Source: Octopus bimaculoides (taxonomy: Eukaryota). From it: a DNA stretch of 64,000 nucleotides. Positions 13,800 through 27,532 of the stretch are shown piece by piece. A program made the position numbers and the translations under genes. Position 1 is the stretch's first letter, and the number at the start of each line of letters is the position of its first letter. The stretch is taken from positions 16,668,596-16,732,595 of the forward strand of contig NC_068988.1 in NCBI RefSeq assembly GCF_001194135.2, in the 5' to 3' direction. The notes beneath the pieces are model-generated. The model was not told the DNA's origin. It saw only the letters and a list, made by a program, of their open reading frames with translations, and did not search any database.

Positions 13800-13803
13800 G
13801 CGC
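13753..13803. repeat. (CA)n-(CG)9 compound microsatellite
   Basis: (CA)n leads directly into CGCGCGCGCGCGCGCGCG at 13785-13802. Confidence 0.95.
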
Positions 13804-16690
13804 ACACATAGATACGCATACATATATATATATGTATGCATGTATATATATATGTATATATATGAATATTATATACATACATGCGTTTGCTTGTATGCGT
13901 GTGTGATTTAATGCTTTTTATCATCAATTAATTTAGTCGCTTGATTTGTTATGAAATATGTATACTTATATTATACATTACTTTGAATGAAAACTTATGT
14001 AGATTATTATTATTAATAAACATCATATTCAACAATCAATAATAAAGACTCTGTTATATCTCACCATCTACCATGCTATTTAATAAATGTCTGAAGCAAT
14101 TTATTAAAAATGAGAAATAGATAAATGGGTAATTAGCACGTTGAATTAACAAATTCGAGTCATTATGAAAATAGATCATTTTGATTGCAATGAGTCATTT
14201 AATTTTAATCAGTTATTTAATCTAGAAATGATTAATATTCTGTGAAACTTATGTAATTTTTGATTTAATTGTATTTAGTTTTATTTATCGAAACTTTAAA
14301 AGTGAAACAGTAAAGTACGAACAACAATATTGTTAACTGTTTCTCTGCAGAATAAACTGAAGTATTGATCACCGTTGGATTTCTTCAACCCGAATAATTT
14401 TTAAAATTAGATTTTATTGCTACTTTCAGCCTGTATTTTTCTGGTGTGGCTTAGAGTCATTTCTTTATTCTATTCTTATGGTTTGGCTAAAGAAAAGATT
14501 TGTACTGCTTGTTCAAATTCTCTGTGAGGAATATATAGTTTAGCAAAAGCAAATTTGATATTTACCTCCATAACGGTACTATGCTTAAATAGGTCGAATG
14601 GCGTTGCAGTTAAATAGACAAAATAGATATATAGCAATTGTCGCCCCAACTTCTTAGTTACCACTAAACTAGTGAGGGGGCATTCTACTGAATCTCGAGA
14701 GAATACATAGACTTTATTTATTTATTATTTATTTTTATTTCGGTAATCATTACGTATTGACTTATTCAGGAATTTGTAAGGTTGCTTTGTATTTATTTGG
14801 CGTCTCATTGATTAGAGTGCAATATCGCATCCAAATAAGTAAGAAAGTAATAGAAAAGAAAAATTACTTTTGGCTAAGCTAAGAAGTGGAGACGAAGGTG
14901 TAGAAGTATCAGTGAGAAGATAATTGTATTAGAAGAAAGAGATTCTAAGGCTTTGCAAATTTTGACAGTATATCTTAATAAAGCCTCGGAATAAAAATAG
15001 AAAAATGTAAGAACAAAAGAATGAATGGATAAAATTCTGTGGTGTCGACGAATACTTAATCTGCTTGTATGAGAGTTGTAATCCAATACTTGCTAGAGAT
15101 TTTATTGCATAGAACTGTCTCTCCGTCAATCACGGTATAGAATGGATGGGGTAATTGTTGAGAAAACGTCCTATAAAGCGAGAATTCCAATAAATAAAAT
15201 CGAATTCGCCGGAAGAAATATCACCTAAGGGAAAGAATAAAGTGGTTTTCGTTGGTTTCACATTTCATTGAGTGGTTATACATTATTGTTTATTCTTTTT
15301 AGTAAAGTAATTTCAATTCCTAAAAGAAAAACGCGAATATGATATAGCAAAACAAAATACCTTTCCTCAGTTTTATCAGTTGAATGAAATAAATTCAAAT
15401 ATAAACTTATGTTTGTTTGTGTATGAAATTCAAGTATTTTTATATGTGAATTTCTTTTCATTTCATTCACTCCAAGTAAGTTTAAACAGACAGATTTATT
15501 AACCATTCTAAATATCCTTTTATAGCATGTGAAAGGCTAGAAAAGTTTAACGTTTAATAACTATCTGTAAAGGAAAATATACAAAACTGAAATGAACGGA
15601 CACTTAAATACAATGCACACATCAGATAATTTGCGAACGTCTGAAACTGTATGTCTTAAGCAATGTGGGTATGAATTAATTTCTTGAAAAACATAAGAAT
15701 ATAACTTCATAAATTTAATTGTATTTTCATGCAAATGTATGAATGTGTTTCTACTTCACTTAATTAAGGGTGTATGGCTATGTGAAAGTGAATGAGTCTG
15801 TCAAGTGCTAATAATAGTTCGGGACAATTAAAAATGAATATATCATTTTCCCCATTCTCGTAAGTTCCTAATTGAACGTCGAACATGCAGCATTAGATAT
15901 GTGCACAAATATGTATATATATTCAAACTCATACGAACGACTGCATATGCATTTAAGTACGTGTGATTAAGCGTGTGTATGTTAGCTGTGTGTGTATGTA
16001 TTAGCGTGCTTGCATATGTATATAAATATGTAGGCGTACCTGCGTGCGCGTGTATGCATGTATAGATGTGTATGTGATGATTTTAATTTGTATTCATCTT
16101 ATTCAAATTCCTGCTATGCTATATTACAGTGCTGAAGGCATGTATAATATATTTATAAATATATTCATAAATGAAAAATATGAAAGCGAACACATTTAAC
16201 TACAATTTTGTAATAAGTTTTTACAGACGCATTACACAAAATATTTCTTTGTATTTATGATTGATATTCAAACTACCAAATGATGTCCAACAAAGTAAAA
16301 CCCAAATACATTAGTTTGCATTTTAGATATTATTTCCAGTTATAACAATTGTCAGACACTCTCACACATTCACTCTCAGACACTCTCATAGGTGCATATT
16401 CGCACATATAAAATTGTACATATATTCACATATTCGCACACGAAACGTGCAAACACACATACATACACATTTCAATGCATTCAAAACAATATTATTCTAT
16501 GACTGGAATCATTTAAATAAAATCTTTATATTCTTATCCACAGGAAGAAAATTTATTTGCGCTGTAATGTGAAATTTTGGATAAACTCGTATTTTATGAA
16601 AGACTTTAATTATCATTCAGCAAAAGAAAAAAAAAAAAGAAAAAGTTGTTTTAATTATTTGAAGACAATTTTAATAATACTTTCGATTAT

Positions 16691-16900
16691 AGAAACAAAG
16701 CCCGACATTTTGTTTGGTAATGGTGGGGAGGCTAGTCGATCGCATCGATTCTAGTGCTCAGCTGGTACTTATATACCGATCCCTAGAAGATAAAACGCAA
16801 AGTCGATGTTGGTGGAATTTCAACTCAGAATGTAAAGACAGACGAAATGCCGTTATGACCTTTATCTAGAGTGCTAACAATTCTGACAGCTCGCTGCCTT
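16691..16900 (-). mobile_element. tRNA-derived SINE family C; a further short 3' fragment follows at about 16911-16980
   Basis: Reverse complement reads AAGGCAGCGAGCTGTCAGAATTGTTAG...TTCTGAGTTGAAATTCC...CGACTTTGCGTTTTATC...ATAAGTACCAGCTG; collinear with 31751-31955. Confidence 0.85.
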
Positions 16901-18979
16901 ACATAAATGGTTTCAAGTTTTGGCAGAAGGACAGCAAATTCAATAGGAGGAATTCAGCTGATTACATTGACGTTAGTTTCGCAGTCTTGACGATTCTAGA
17001 AATAAAATACCAAACTATTCCACTATATCTTTGATTATTCTAATGATTTAAACACACGGGAGCTCAACGAGGACGAAAACTCGTCAGAGCTCTACAATAG
17101 GACATGGAGGCTCGGTCATTAACAGAGATGTTAAGATATTATCAACACATAAAACAGACGTGACACTTAGATTACAGAGCCCACACACAGAAAAACACAG
17201 ACGGAGCCTCAGCAGAAAACATGAATGGAATGATAACACCCCTCCACTCCACTACATTATTCAATATGACGACTGAAGGTAGAATAGAAGAAGAAAAGTA
17301 AAATACACAGATACAAAATGAATGTATGACACATAAAGCCATATACACACACACAACACTCAAGCACATACTAAACACGGACTGAAAAAGAAGAATAAAC
17401 GAATAAAAATAATGTTGCAATGAAACTGATATACACGTACGTAAAACACACATGCTAAATACATAGGCACGCGCGCAAACATACATAGATATCAACGCCA
17501 ACTCTGGAAGAGATAAGCATATGTACCGCACAAAGACAGGGCTAACCAGAACAAAAAGAGACATGTAGGACATAAAGTCGTTGTAGTGCTCACAAAATGT
17601 GCAACGAAAGAGCTTTGACAAAGAAACACAAATAATAAGAATAATAAAGCTTAAATAAAGACCAAACATTGTATTGGCAAAATATGACAATTCTCACGTA
17701 AGCAATAAAATTGCCCATCAAAAGTTCCGCACACCGGCTGACATCAGGAGTGAATGCTCACTATTTTGGAGCCGTCTCCTCCAAAGCTTTGAGGCACATC
17801 GGCTCCTATTTCCTACTTGATCAACTAACAAGTATTTAACCATCGACATTCGAACTTAAGTCCTTCAACTCTTAAATCCTTCCTCAGCCACATTACAAGT
17901 GTGACGTCATACAAGTATGGCCTGCGATAAATAAAATTCACGACTTTCCTTCTACGCTTCACTGCTCCTTCACCCCACTCCTCATCACTTCCGTAATCCT
18001 TTCATCATCCATATTCAGGAATACTAATATTTGTCGATCGCAGCTGTTGACTGGATTTCTTGCAACATGGTATTAGTTCGATGATAATTCACAACGACTG
18101 ATCACAGCCATGCACCACGGCTGTTTCCAATACGTCAAACTTTTGCGGGAAGGTGTACAGCAATCATTAGCTTTGTAGAACTACATCGTCTTTCCTAAAC
18201 TGAGTATCATCAATGTTGTCCTCATTTACATTATATACATTATATCCCTAGAAGCCCTAACATCAAACAAGCTTACTATGGAACTAAATACGAAAACATA
18301 CCTATTTCTCTATCATAAATTGTTTATCAATCAAGAATAAAACAAGATAAGGGTGAAAATATAATTACACACTCAAAGATACATTGAATACAAGCATATT
18401 TCAAGTATCATTGGAGCCGATAATATTTAAGCTCGTATCCTTTGTGTGGTACTCCACGTTATGGACATATTTTTTGCACAAATGGCGTTATATCAGCAAT
18501 TTCCCGAATTTGGAAACGGGTGTAAAGATTTTTTACATTCTGGAATAAATAATAACATTACATAGATGAATTCCTGGTTTATATATACATGCACACACAG
18601 ACACATATATAGATATTAGCGCGTGAAAATATAGTAAACGTGTGCGTATATATATATGGGGGATGCGTGTGCATATAGAACAAGTGTAAATATAATTTAT
18701 CTGTTCGATGGGTTTATAATCTCTTATTTACTAACAATATTGAAATAGATGTAGTCACAGTAACGAGTGAAAGTGGATCTATTAGAACAGATACACATTT
18801 CTAGAACTGGAACAATTGATTCCACATACTACATCCAATCTCAAATGGGTTTGTGAAAGATTTATTACACTATAGCGTTGTTTGATACGATGTCTGTTCA
18901 ATAAACCAGCTCCTATATTTGTACACCAATTTAGATACGTAGCTGCTCCAATTCGTAATCAGAAACGAACGTATACGCG

Positions 18980-19100
18980 TTTATACGCACATGCATGCAT
19001 GCATACATAGATACATGCATACATATATTCATACCTGTATACATACATACATGTATACATACATATATGCACGCACACACACACATATATATATATATGC

Positions 19101-19172
<72 letters not shown>

Positions 19173-19308
19173 GTGTGTGTGTGTGTGAGTGTGTGTGTTA
19201 GTGTATATGTATGTATTATAAGGGTTATCTATCTGCTTAGTTATAGATCTCTTTCTCTATATATATACATCTATATGTGCATATCTCTCAACCGACATAC
19301 CTACCTAC

Positions 19309-19340
<32 letters not shown>

Positions 19341-19357
19341 CTGTCTCTCCCTCTGTA

Positions 19358-19412
<55 letters not shown>

Positions 19413-19420
19413 ATGTCCGT
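18980..19420. repeat. Compound microsatellite block (CATA/TA/TG/CTGT/TA)
   Basis: Adjacent tracts of (TACA)n, (TA)n, (TG)n, (CTGT)n and (TA)n are directly visible. Confidence 0.9.
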
Positions 19421-19794
19421 GTGTATGAGCACTTTGGCTATATATTCAGGAAGTTTGCTTTGTAGACTGGAGACCTGAGGTTCGATGTCACATTGCGTTA
19501 TCTTGCGAAAATGCCATTTCGTTTTCCTTTGCTCGAACTATACACTATGAGAGACACTGGATAGACAGATACAGAATAGAAACTCGGCGGACTGACTCAA
19601 CATGTAATTTGAAAGACAAATGTTTATTATCCACTCTGTTACGGACATTTTGCTTCAGATTGCCGTTACGTATATACGTCTGCTTGGAATGCTCACGACA
19701 TGCATATCAACTATGGAGCAGATAATGTGAATACTTTGATAACAGAATCCGCATCGTCGTGCAAGATATATGTATAGATACATACCTACATATA

Positions 19795-19879
<85 letters not shown>

Positions 19880-20386
19880 CGGCGTAAAATTGTAGGGATC
19901 TTTTGGAAGTTCTCTAATAAGGATTTATCTACGAATTGTCCGCTTATGTTTTTGCTAAATCTTTGAAATATATGTCTGGTGTGTAAGTTTGTGTGTATGT
20001 GTGTGTGTGTGTGTTTGTATATGCCGTGTGCGCGTGGGCGCGTATGCACGTATGTATGTATATTTTTATGCATAGTTAAACATCCGAGACAGTTTCGTTT
20101 ATTTGAATTTCATTTTCTTTTTTATTCCTTCGGTGTTTTTTTTTACTCTTTATTACCTCTTTATTACTCACCATTACGTCCTCACATTCAGAATTTATTA
20201 CATTGTATAATGAATTTCTGTGCTCCTCTAATGAGGGTCTTAAGTTCATGGTAGTAAGTCTCAGGTCCATAGATGCCGGAAGGCATATTACTTCGCGTTG
20301 AATTATTCCTCCTAGTTGTTAACAAGTGCAGGGTTTGGTATAGCATAGAATGTTCTGCAGTCGAGACAGGAGTCTTTTACTCTTCA

Positions 20387-20483
20387 TTTCGCTCAATAAA
20401 CAATCACAACGGTCTGGGAATCGAAACCGCGATCCTCTGACCACGAGTTCGCTGCCCTAACCACTGGGCCATTGCGCCTCCAC
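20387..20483 (-). mobile_element. SINE family B, tRNA-like head only
   Basis: Reverse complement GTGGAGGCGCAATGGCCCAGTGGTTAGGG...GCGGTTTCGATTCCCAGACC contains A-box TGGCCCAGTGG and B-box-like GTTTCGATTCC; matches the heads at 38124 and 54215. Confidence 0.9.
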
Positions 20484-20580
20484 ATTATTATTATTATTAT
20501 TATTATTATTAATATTATTATTATTATTAATAATATTAATAATGATAATTATAATAATAATAATGATGATAATAATATTT
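20484..20580. repeat. (TTA)n grading into (TAA)n (self-complementary triplet tract)
   Basis: An ATT run is followed by an AAT/GAT run immediately outside the SINE B head. Confidence 0.9.
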
Positions 20581-20874
20581 TTTTAAAATTTGGCACCAGG
20601 CCAACATTCTGCTGTTAGAAATATTAGAAAAGCCACTGTTACAATGAATGATTGCATGAGTGACAAGGAAAGAAAAAGGGACAGGATAATTAATTGGAAA
20701 GAGAAAAACATTTTCAACTCATGTAAGAAACTAAAATTGTATTATATGAAAAATAAGTTAGCATTGGAATGTTAACCAAGTTTATGAACTTGAAGTGAAA
20801 GAAAATTGGTATGAAAACGAGCTGCATGATATTAAGCTAAATGGTGACTATGGCATTATTAGGCATTTCACCAT

Positions 20875-21222
20875 AGACGCAAGAGAGGCCGTGCGGTAAG
20901 CAATTTGTTTATTAACCACATATTTTCTAGTTCAGTCACACTGCGCGCGACCAAAGTCTTGTGAGCGGATTTGGTAGACAGAAACTAAAAGAAGCCCGTC
21001 GCATATATGTATGTATGTGTGTGTGTATGTGTGTGTGTGTGTATGTGAGTGTGTCTTTGTATCTGTGTTTGTCCAACTACCACCGCTTGGCAACTGGTAT
21101 TAGTGTGTCTACGTACCTGCAATTTGGCAAAAGAGCCGGATGAATAGGTACCAGACATTAGCAAATAAGTTCTGCATTCGATTCATTCGACCAAAACTTT
21201 TTCGAGACGGAGCTCTACCATG
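20875..21222 (+). mobile_element. SINE family A, diverged, CORE-like segment deleted
   Basis: Head joins directly (CACTGCG|CGCGACCAAAGTCTTG) to the post-CORE segment; internal (TG)n and a 3' half homologous to 59790-59970 follow. Confidence 0.8.
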
Positions 21223-21854
21223 TAGTAAGATAGAGTTAAAACATTCTATTGACATATGAAGACCAAATATGACTGTCAAGAGAAATGGAAAAATGTAAGA
21301 TGATTGCAATACAAAACTAGATTCGATTGAACAAAACGGAGCAAATTAAGAAATATTATCACCAACACATAATACTTCTTAATACTGATTATTCTTCACA
21401 AATTTCTGTATGAGCCTGAACTGTCACCCAAGACATCAAGGAGTTTGGCACTGTGACTTGTGCTCTCGACATATTGAAAAATCGCTTCGTATATTTTGCG
21501 AGAATCCACAAAAATAACTAGGTGGCTTAAAATCACTTGTCCCAAACTAGAGCCTGGAGAATGTAAACATAAATTCGTCTGACCGCACATCTACACACAA
21601 ATATACACAAGCAAACATAGACATGCACATACATAAACACACACACACACTCACATTCACACACGCTCGTGCTCACACGCACATTTATACATATACACAT
21701 ATATCATTTGGATGCATTTGTCTTCATGAATAATTCTGTTTGTATGTATAACACTGTACATACCTTGCCTTACTGCACAGGAAGATATTACAAGCAAATT
21801 TTGCGAAGAGATTTCTGTGAGTGCATAACACACATAATTGAATATATAACACGA

Positions 21855-21900
<46 letters not shown>

Positions 21901-23010
21901 CGTGCGTTTGTAATTGCATGCATATACATTAACAACTACCGACATAGAAACATTAATGAAATTACAAATCCAATTAAAAGTAAATCGTAACTCGATCCTT
22001 ATATATATTATATATATATATATANNNNNNNNNNNNNNNNNNNNNNNNNNNNNNNNNNNNNNNNNNNNNNNNNNNNNNNNNNNNNNNNNNNNNNNNNNNN
22101 NNNNNNNNNNNNNNNNNNNNNNNNNNNNNNNNNNNNNNNNNNNNNNNNNNNNNNNNNNNNNNNNNNNNNNNNNNNNNNNNNNNNNNNNNNNNNNNNNNNN
22201 NNNNNNNNNNNNNNNNNNNNNNNNNNNNNNNNNNNNNNNNNNNNNNNNNNNNNNNNNNNNNNNNNNNNNNNNNNNNNNNNNNNNNNNNNNNNNNNNNNNN
22301 NNNNNNNNNNNNNNNNNNNNNNNNNNNNNNNNNNNNNNNNNNNNNNNNNNNNNNNNNNNNNNNNNNNNNNNNNNNNNNNNNNNNNNNNNNNNNNNNNNNN
22401 NNNNNNNNNNNNNNNNNNNNNNNNNNNNNNATATATATATATATATATATATATATAGCAATATTCATACATATAGGCATACCAAATGAAATTCGATCTA
22501 TAATTCATATAAGAAAATGGCTGCCTTAAGTAAAATACAAACACTATAATTGATACAAAAGAAATGATGTTTAAATGGAAAAGAAAATTACAGGTATGTG
22601 TGTGGTGATGAGCGTATTCCATGTACATTAATATAGTAAGCTAAATGCAGCGATGGAACACATAGCGCACACAAATACAACAGCAATCATATATCCAAAA
22701 TCTGGAATGATTTATGGCTCCAGAGATTCTTAGCAAACGTTTATTTTATAGCTACTTTTTGCAAACTCTGGCAACAAAATATAAACGTATTTAATGCATT
22801 ATATTGTATATTAAAATCTATATAATAGAGGACGTGTATACATATTATAGCAATATTTGTCACAATTTGCGCCGTTCACACACTAAGAACTGTATACCTT
22901 GAGATTTATATAATATTCTAAGTGCATGTGTATACACACATACACAAGCACATACATACATACATACATACATACATGTCTATATATATATGTACATATA
23001 GCATAATAGA

Positions 23011-23057
<47 letters not shown>

Positions 23058-23512
23058 NNNNNNNNNNNNNNNNNNNNNNNNNNNNNNNNNNNNNNNNNNN
23101 NNNNNNNNNNNNNNNNNNNNNNNNNNNNNNNNNNNNNNNNNNNNNNNNNNNNNNNNNNNNNNNNNNNNNNNNNNNNNNNNNNNNNNNNNNNNNNNNNNNN
23201 NNNNNNNNNNNNNNNNNNNNNNNNNNNNNNNNNNNNNNNNNNNNNNNNNNNNNNNNNNNNNNNNNNNNNNNNNNNNNNNNNNNNNNNNNNNNNNNNNNNN
23301 NNNNNNNNNNNNNNNNNNNNNNNNNNNNNNNNNNNNNNNNNNNNNNNNNNNNNNNNNNNNNNNNNNNNNNNNNNNNNNNNNNNNNNNNNNNNNNNNNNNN
23401 NNNNNNNNNNNNNNNNNNNNNNNNNNNNNNNNNNNNNNNNNNNNNNNNNNNNNNNNNNNNNNNNNNNNNNNNNNNNNNNNNNNNNNNNNNNNNNNNNNNN
23501 NNNNNNNNNNNN

Positions 23513-23545
<33 letters not shown>

Positions 23546-23879
23546 TGTACACATATATGCATATACTCATATATTGTTTATATATATATGTGTGTGTGAG
23601 TGTGTGTGTGTATGTCTGTATATATATATATATATATACTAATATAGAAAGAGAAACCCATGCACACACATACCCCTTCACATGAGTACGTATTTCTTTG
23701 CTTAATTCCGAATTCCTCATAGACAAATTGGAAGTGAATGTGTACATTTACAACTAGCTTTAATTCCATGAATGCATCGGTGCATTTGTATGTAAGAAAT
23801 ATAAACATTCCCTGTATGTATACTTTTATGTATTTTCCTTAAAGAGTTAGAAGTAGAAAAAGAAACAAAATATATAACG

Positions 23880-24290
23880 TTTATTATCAGCTTCAATTTC
23901 ATCATCACTACCACCATTACGAACACCGACAACAGCAGCAGCAACACCAGCACCAGCTCCACCACCCCTATCACCATCATCATCAATATCGTCGGCGTCG
24001 TCCTCATCATGAACTTCCTCATCATCACCATCATGAGAGTTCTTGTCGCGCTCGTCGTCGCTATCATCATCATCGTCTTTCACGATATCATTGCGGCCTT
24101 AATCATCATCCTTAGCATCATCACAACATCCACCATCACCACCGCTGCCACTACAACCCCACCACCACCACCACCACCATCACCATCACCGTCGTCGTCG
24201 TCATCATTATCATCATCATCATCATCTTTTAGTATCGTCCTTAACAGCAGCAGCGAGTTCCGCGTCATTATCACATCCAGCAATATACAA
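23880..24290. repeat. Degenerate CAN/CGT triplet low-complexity region
   Basis: Mixed CAT, CAC, CAG and CGT triplets; creates stop-free frames on both strands. Confidence 0.85.
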
Positions 24291-24484
24291 GTACACTCGC
24301 CTAACGATATGTAACGACTCTGATAATAATCAAGCAAATCAAGCTATCGTGGTTGGTTTTCATCACAGCAACATTTACGACTATGATAAAAATAAATGTA
24401 CAGTGAAAATACAGCTTAACATGCGTGAACATGCATGATCACGTATATTCTGCATACGTATATATATATATATATATATATTTA

Positions 24485-24642
24485 TATAAACAAAATTAAG
24501 GGATCAGCAACAGGTTGCTTCACCACATACCGAAGTTCAGAAATAGCTATCTGTTGGAGTTTCAGCATTTTTAGCTGCTATTTCTGAACTTCGGTATGTG
24601 GTGAAGCAACCTGTTGCTGCTGATCCCTTAATTTTGTTTATA
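24485..24642. repeat. Foldback inverted repeat: 63-bp stem, one 3-nt bulge, 29-nt spacer
   Basis: 24485-24547 is the exact reverse complement of 24577-24642 apart from one extra GCT in the right arm (checked base by base). Confidence 0.97.
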
Positions 24643-24776
24643 AATGTATAAGAACTTTTAAATAAGTTCCACACCGATAATGGTGCTTACATACCGAAGG
24701 GCTTGGTAAAAATGATTAATTATTAATTTATTAATAAACTAATACATTGATAATCCTTTACCCTTTTAATTGTAAT

Positions 24777-24834
<58 letters not shown>

Positions 24835-25769
24835 TGAGGGTGATAAATTGAATATTAATTTCATTAACATCAATTTAAAACCAATGGCCTAGCATATAAA
24901 AAATCTGACAATTCAGAAACATTTATTACATGTGTATAAGAAGGGATGACCACTAACTGGACATCCGATATGCTAGAAAGAGGTCATCAACGACCCAACC
25001 ACGAAGAAATATAATGTTCACCAGAAAAAAAATCAGCAAACACCAGAACATAAACGGGTAAGACAAATGAAAAATATACAAAATAAAGAATTAATCGTAT
25101 ACCGGTTTCCCAATCAACCGTTTTACTTACGTAAAAACGTCCGTGGTTCATCAATACAATCGTTCTAAATTCAATATAATTTGGAGAACTATACACGAAT
25201 TGTCTTCATAAAATTTAACGAAGTTTATCGGGCAGAGTAAACGCAACTGTGTATAATTTTGATATTATGCTCAGGGGGTGATTTACTGCTGCCAGAATTT
25301 CGTACATCATCAAATTGTTATATCTCCTCTGTTTTTAAAATGTCTACCAAATTAATTGTAACATGGGGTTAAACAACGAGAATTTTAATGATGAATATAT
25401 AAGGAAATCAATAAATATATATATAATGGTCGAATTTCTAGTAGAGCTGTTATAAATTGATGAAGAAACAAGAGTCAGAAAACTACCATACAAAAATACA
25501 CCAATATGACAAATATTACAATATTGTTAGGCAAAGCGTAACGATATTAAAAAGTTGATAATATATGATATATTTCCTTTTTGTTATTGATTACTTGGAG
25601 AAAAATATTGAAACAGAAAATAGACGTAATGAGGAAATAAAAATAAATTCCACCATAACCGCTTAAATGAACACGAGGTAAATAATAAAAACATGATTTA
25701 CGATGCAAACATTTTGTTTTAATAGTATATCGCTTAAATGCATTACAATATGAATTTGAACATTTTTAC

Positions 25770-26040
25770 AACCTCTTCTGGGACGTCTAATATTCTGTTA
25801 TAATATTATTTCACTCACTTTCTGGCCATCTGTGTACCTGTCCCGCAGTGCGTTGTGTTGCTTCAACGAGAGAATGCTTTTTAGATATTTTCCAACTGAA
25901 AGTGCATACCAGTCAAGAGTCGGAGGATTTCTCTCATCTCCTCCAGATGTGACCACTTTTAAGTCTGTGTTACTTGGGGCTTGTGTGTCTTAGCCCCAGT
26001 ATTTGTCTACGACTGCTCGCAGCAACATAGTTGTACGCTG
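25770..26040 (-). pseudogene. Possible RTE-clade LINE C-terminal remnant
   Basis: Minus-strand peptides TMLLRAVVDKYWG* (about 25994-26033) and VSEIIL*Q..RRPRRG (about 25770-25818) resemble the RTE C-terminal consensus TRMLRAVLN.SW...SD(V/L)LLW....R.RGRP; several stops. Confidence 0.35.
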
Positions 26041-26199
26041 ACAATTTAGAAACTGCTTGCAACCTTATGCATTACTGCGACTGCATGTATGCATAAATAC
26101 AAACAAAAATACCCTGTTGTTGATGAAGGAGCCTTGGATCTAGTTTAGAAACTGGTTCTTTCTCTAGTCGCAAAAAAATCTTCAAATAAACAGAATAAT

Positions 26200-26270
<71 letters not shown>

Positions 26271-26371
26271 ACACACACACATGTAAATATATACATGCAT
26301 ACATATATATGTATGTGTGCTTGTGTGCGTGTGTTTATTTTATACGTAATCTCTTTATATACATATATGTA

Positions 26372-26472
26372 GGTATACGTGTGGCTGTGTAGTAAGAGGC
26401 TTTCTTCCCAAGAGGTGGTGCTCCAGCCTGACTGCAGTCAAATGACTGACACAAGTAAAATAATAAAAGAAT
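26372..26472 (+). mobile_element. SINE family A internal-deletion derivative (head fused to terminal tail)
   Basis: GTGGCTGTGTAGTAAGAGGCTTTCTTCCCAA is joined directly to AGGTGGTGCTCCAGCCTGACTGCAGTCAAATGACTGACACAAGTAAAA; these match the two ends of 59594-60003. Confidence 0.85.
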
Positions 26473-26501
26473 ATATATATTTATATATGCATATATATAC
26501 T

Positions 26502-26600
<99 letters not shown>

Positions 26601-27482
26601 TTATATATGTGTGTGCGTAAATATATGTATATGTGTATTTGCGTGGTTCCTAAGAAACACGAACTTGGTAACATTTCGTAGCAGATTTACGAGAATTTTT
26701 CTTTCTTTTCTTTTCCTGTTGTTTTAATTTCACTTTTGCTTTCTTCGTAAATTGTTGTGTAGAGGCGGTTATCTTTCATTTGTGGCTCGGATAAAATCCG
26801 CTATAACATAAACTATCATTATATAACAATGCTTAAAATGTTTTTGATCCTGGTATAAATTTTATATTTATGAAAGTACTGCACTCACCGAATTACAATA
26901 CATTATTAAAGTAGGCGTGCTAAGATCACTTAAACATAGGCAAAGTAGGGAATTGAGGAGAAACAAAAAAAATCTTTCGGGTATTGGTACATCTTTTATT
27001 GAACATGTCAATTCTGCCAATTCAATGCCTTCATTTTATTGAACATAATGAAAAGAAAAAATGCCATGTTTAACATAATAATAGGTTTCTGTACATAGCG
27101 ACGTGTTATTAAATATGATTGTTTGCGTTAACAGCGGCTTATTAGCTTTTTGCAGTTATAGAGTGATTCTGATGTCGTTATAATGAAGCATTAACAGGTG
27201 AGGACTACGTCTCCAGTCGTATCGCTTACTCAATTAGTTCATCAGAGCCAGAAGAAAAGTCATTTATGATGTTTTTTGAGGATATTTTATATATTCTCAT
27301 TAGTACACAAGCACATTCGTATATGTATGTGTGGATATATACATATTATATATACTTAGATGTGTGTGTATGTGTGTGTGTATGTGTGTGTGTATACGTA
27401 CATTATATATCAACATTTACATTTTAACCCTATTGTCACTAACTGTCTTTCTTCAAACAAACCTTAACTTTTATATATAATT

Positions 27483-27532
<50 letters not shown>
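27483..27532. repeat. (TAG)n microsatellite
   Basis: About 16 perfect TAG units. Confidence 0.97.

Noticed and set aside
14880-15150. Weak resemblance to a Harbinger/PIF transposase N-terminus
   Set aside because: Many stops and no diagnostic motif.
17052-17095. GAGCTC-flanked hairpin containing CUGACGA on the minus strand
   Set aside because: There is no GAAA after the putative stem II and no valid stem I or III, so it is not a hammerhead.
17172-17690. 172-aa hydrophobic Cys-rich minus-strand ORF
   Set aside because: It reflects an A/C-skewed plus strand (T/G-rich minus strand lacks stops); the composition is low-complexity with no recognisable motif.
17845-17890. Minus-strand CUGAGGA with a 9-bp G.U-rich stem and GAAU
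   Set aside because: An extra nucleotide, a non-canonical GAAU and no stem I pairing make it too degenerate to support.
8304-18157. Shared 16-mer TTTGCGGGAAGGTGTA at 8304-8319 and 18142-18157, vaguely like a Tc1 terminal repeat
   Set aside because: Flanks do not align and no inverted partner was found; a match of this length can occur by chance among the position pairs of a 64-kb window.
23717-24337. Acidic D/G-rich, M/V-rich and I/P/S-rich ORFs on both strands
   Set aside because: All arise from a degenerate CAN triplet tract that is stop-free in several frames; there is no domain, splice context or unique coding flank.
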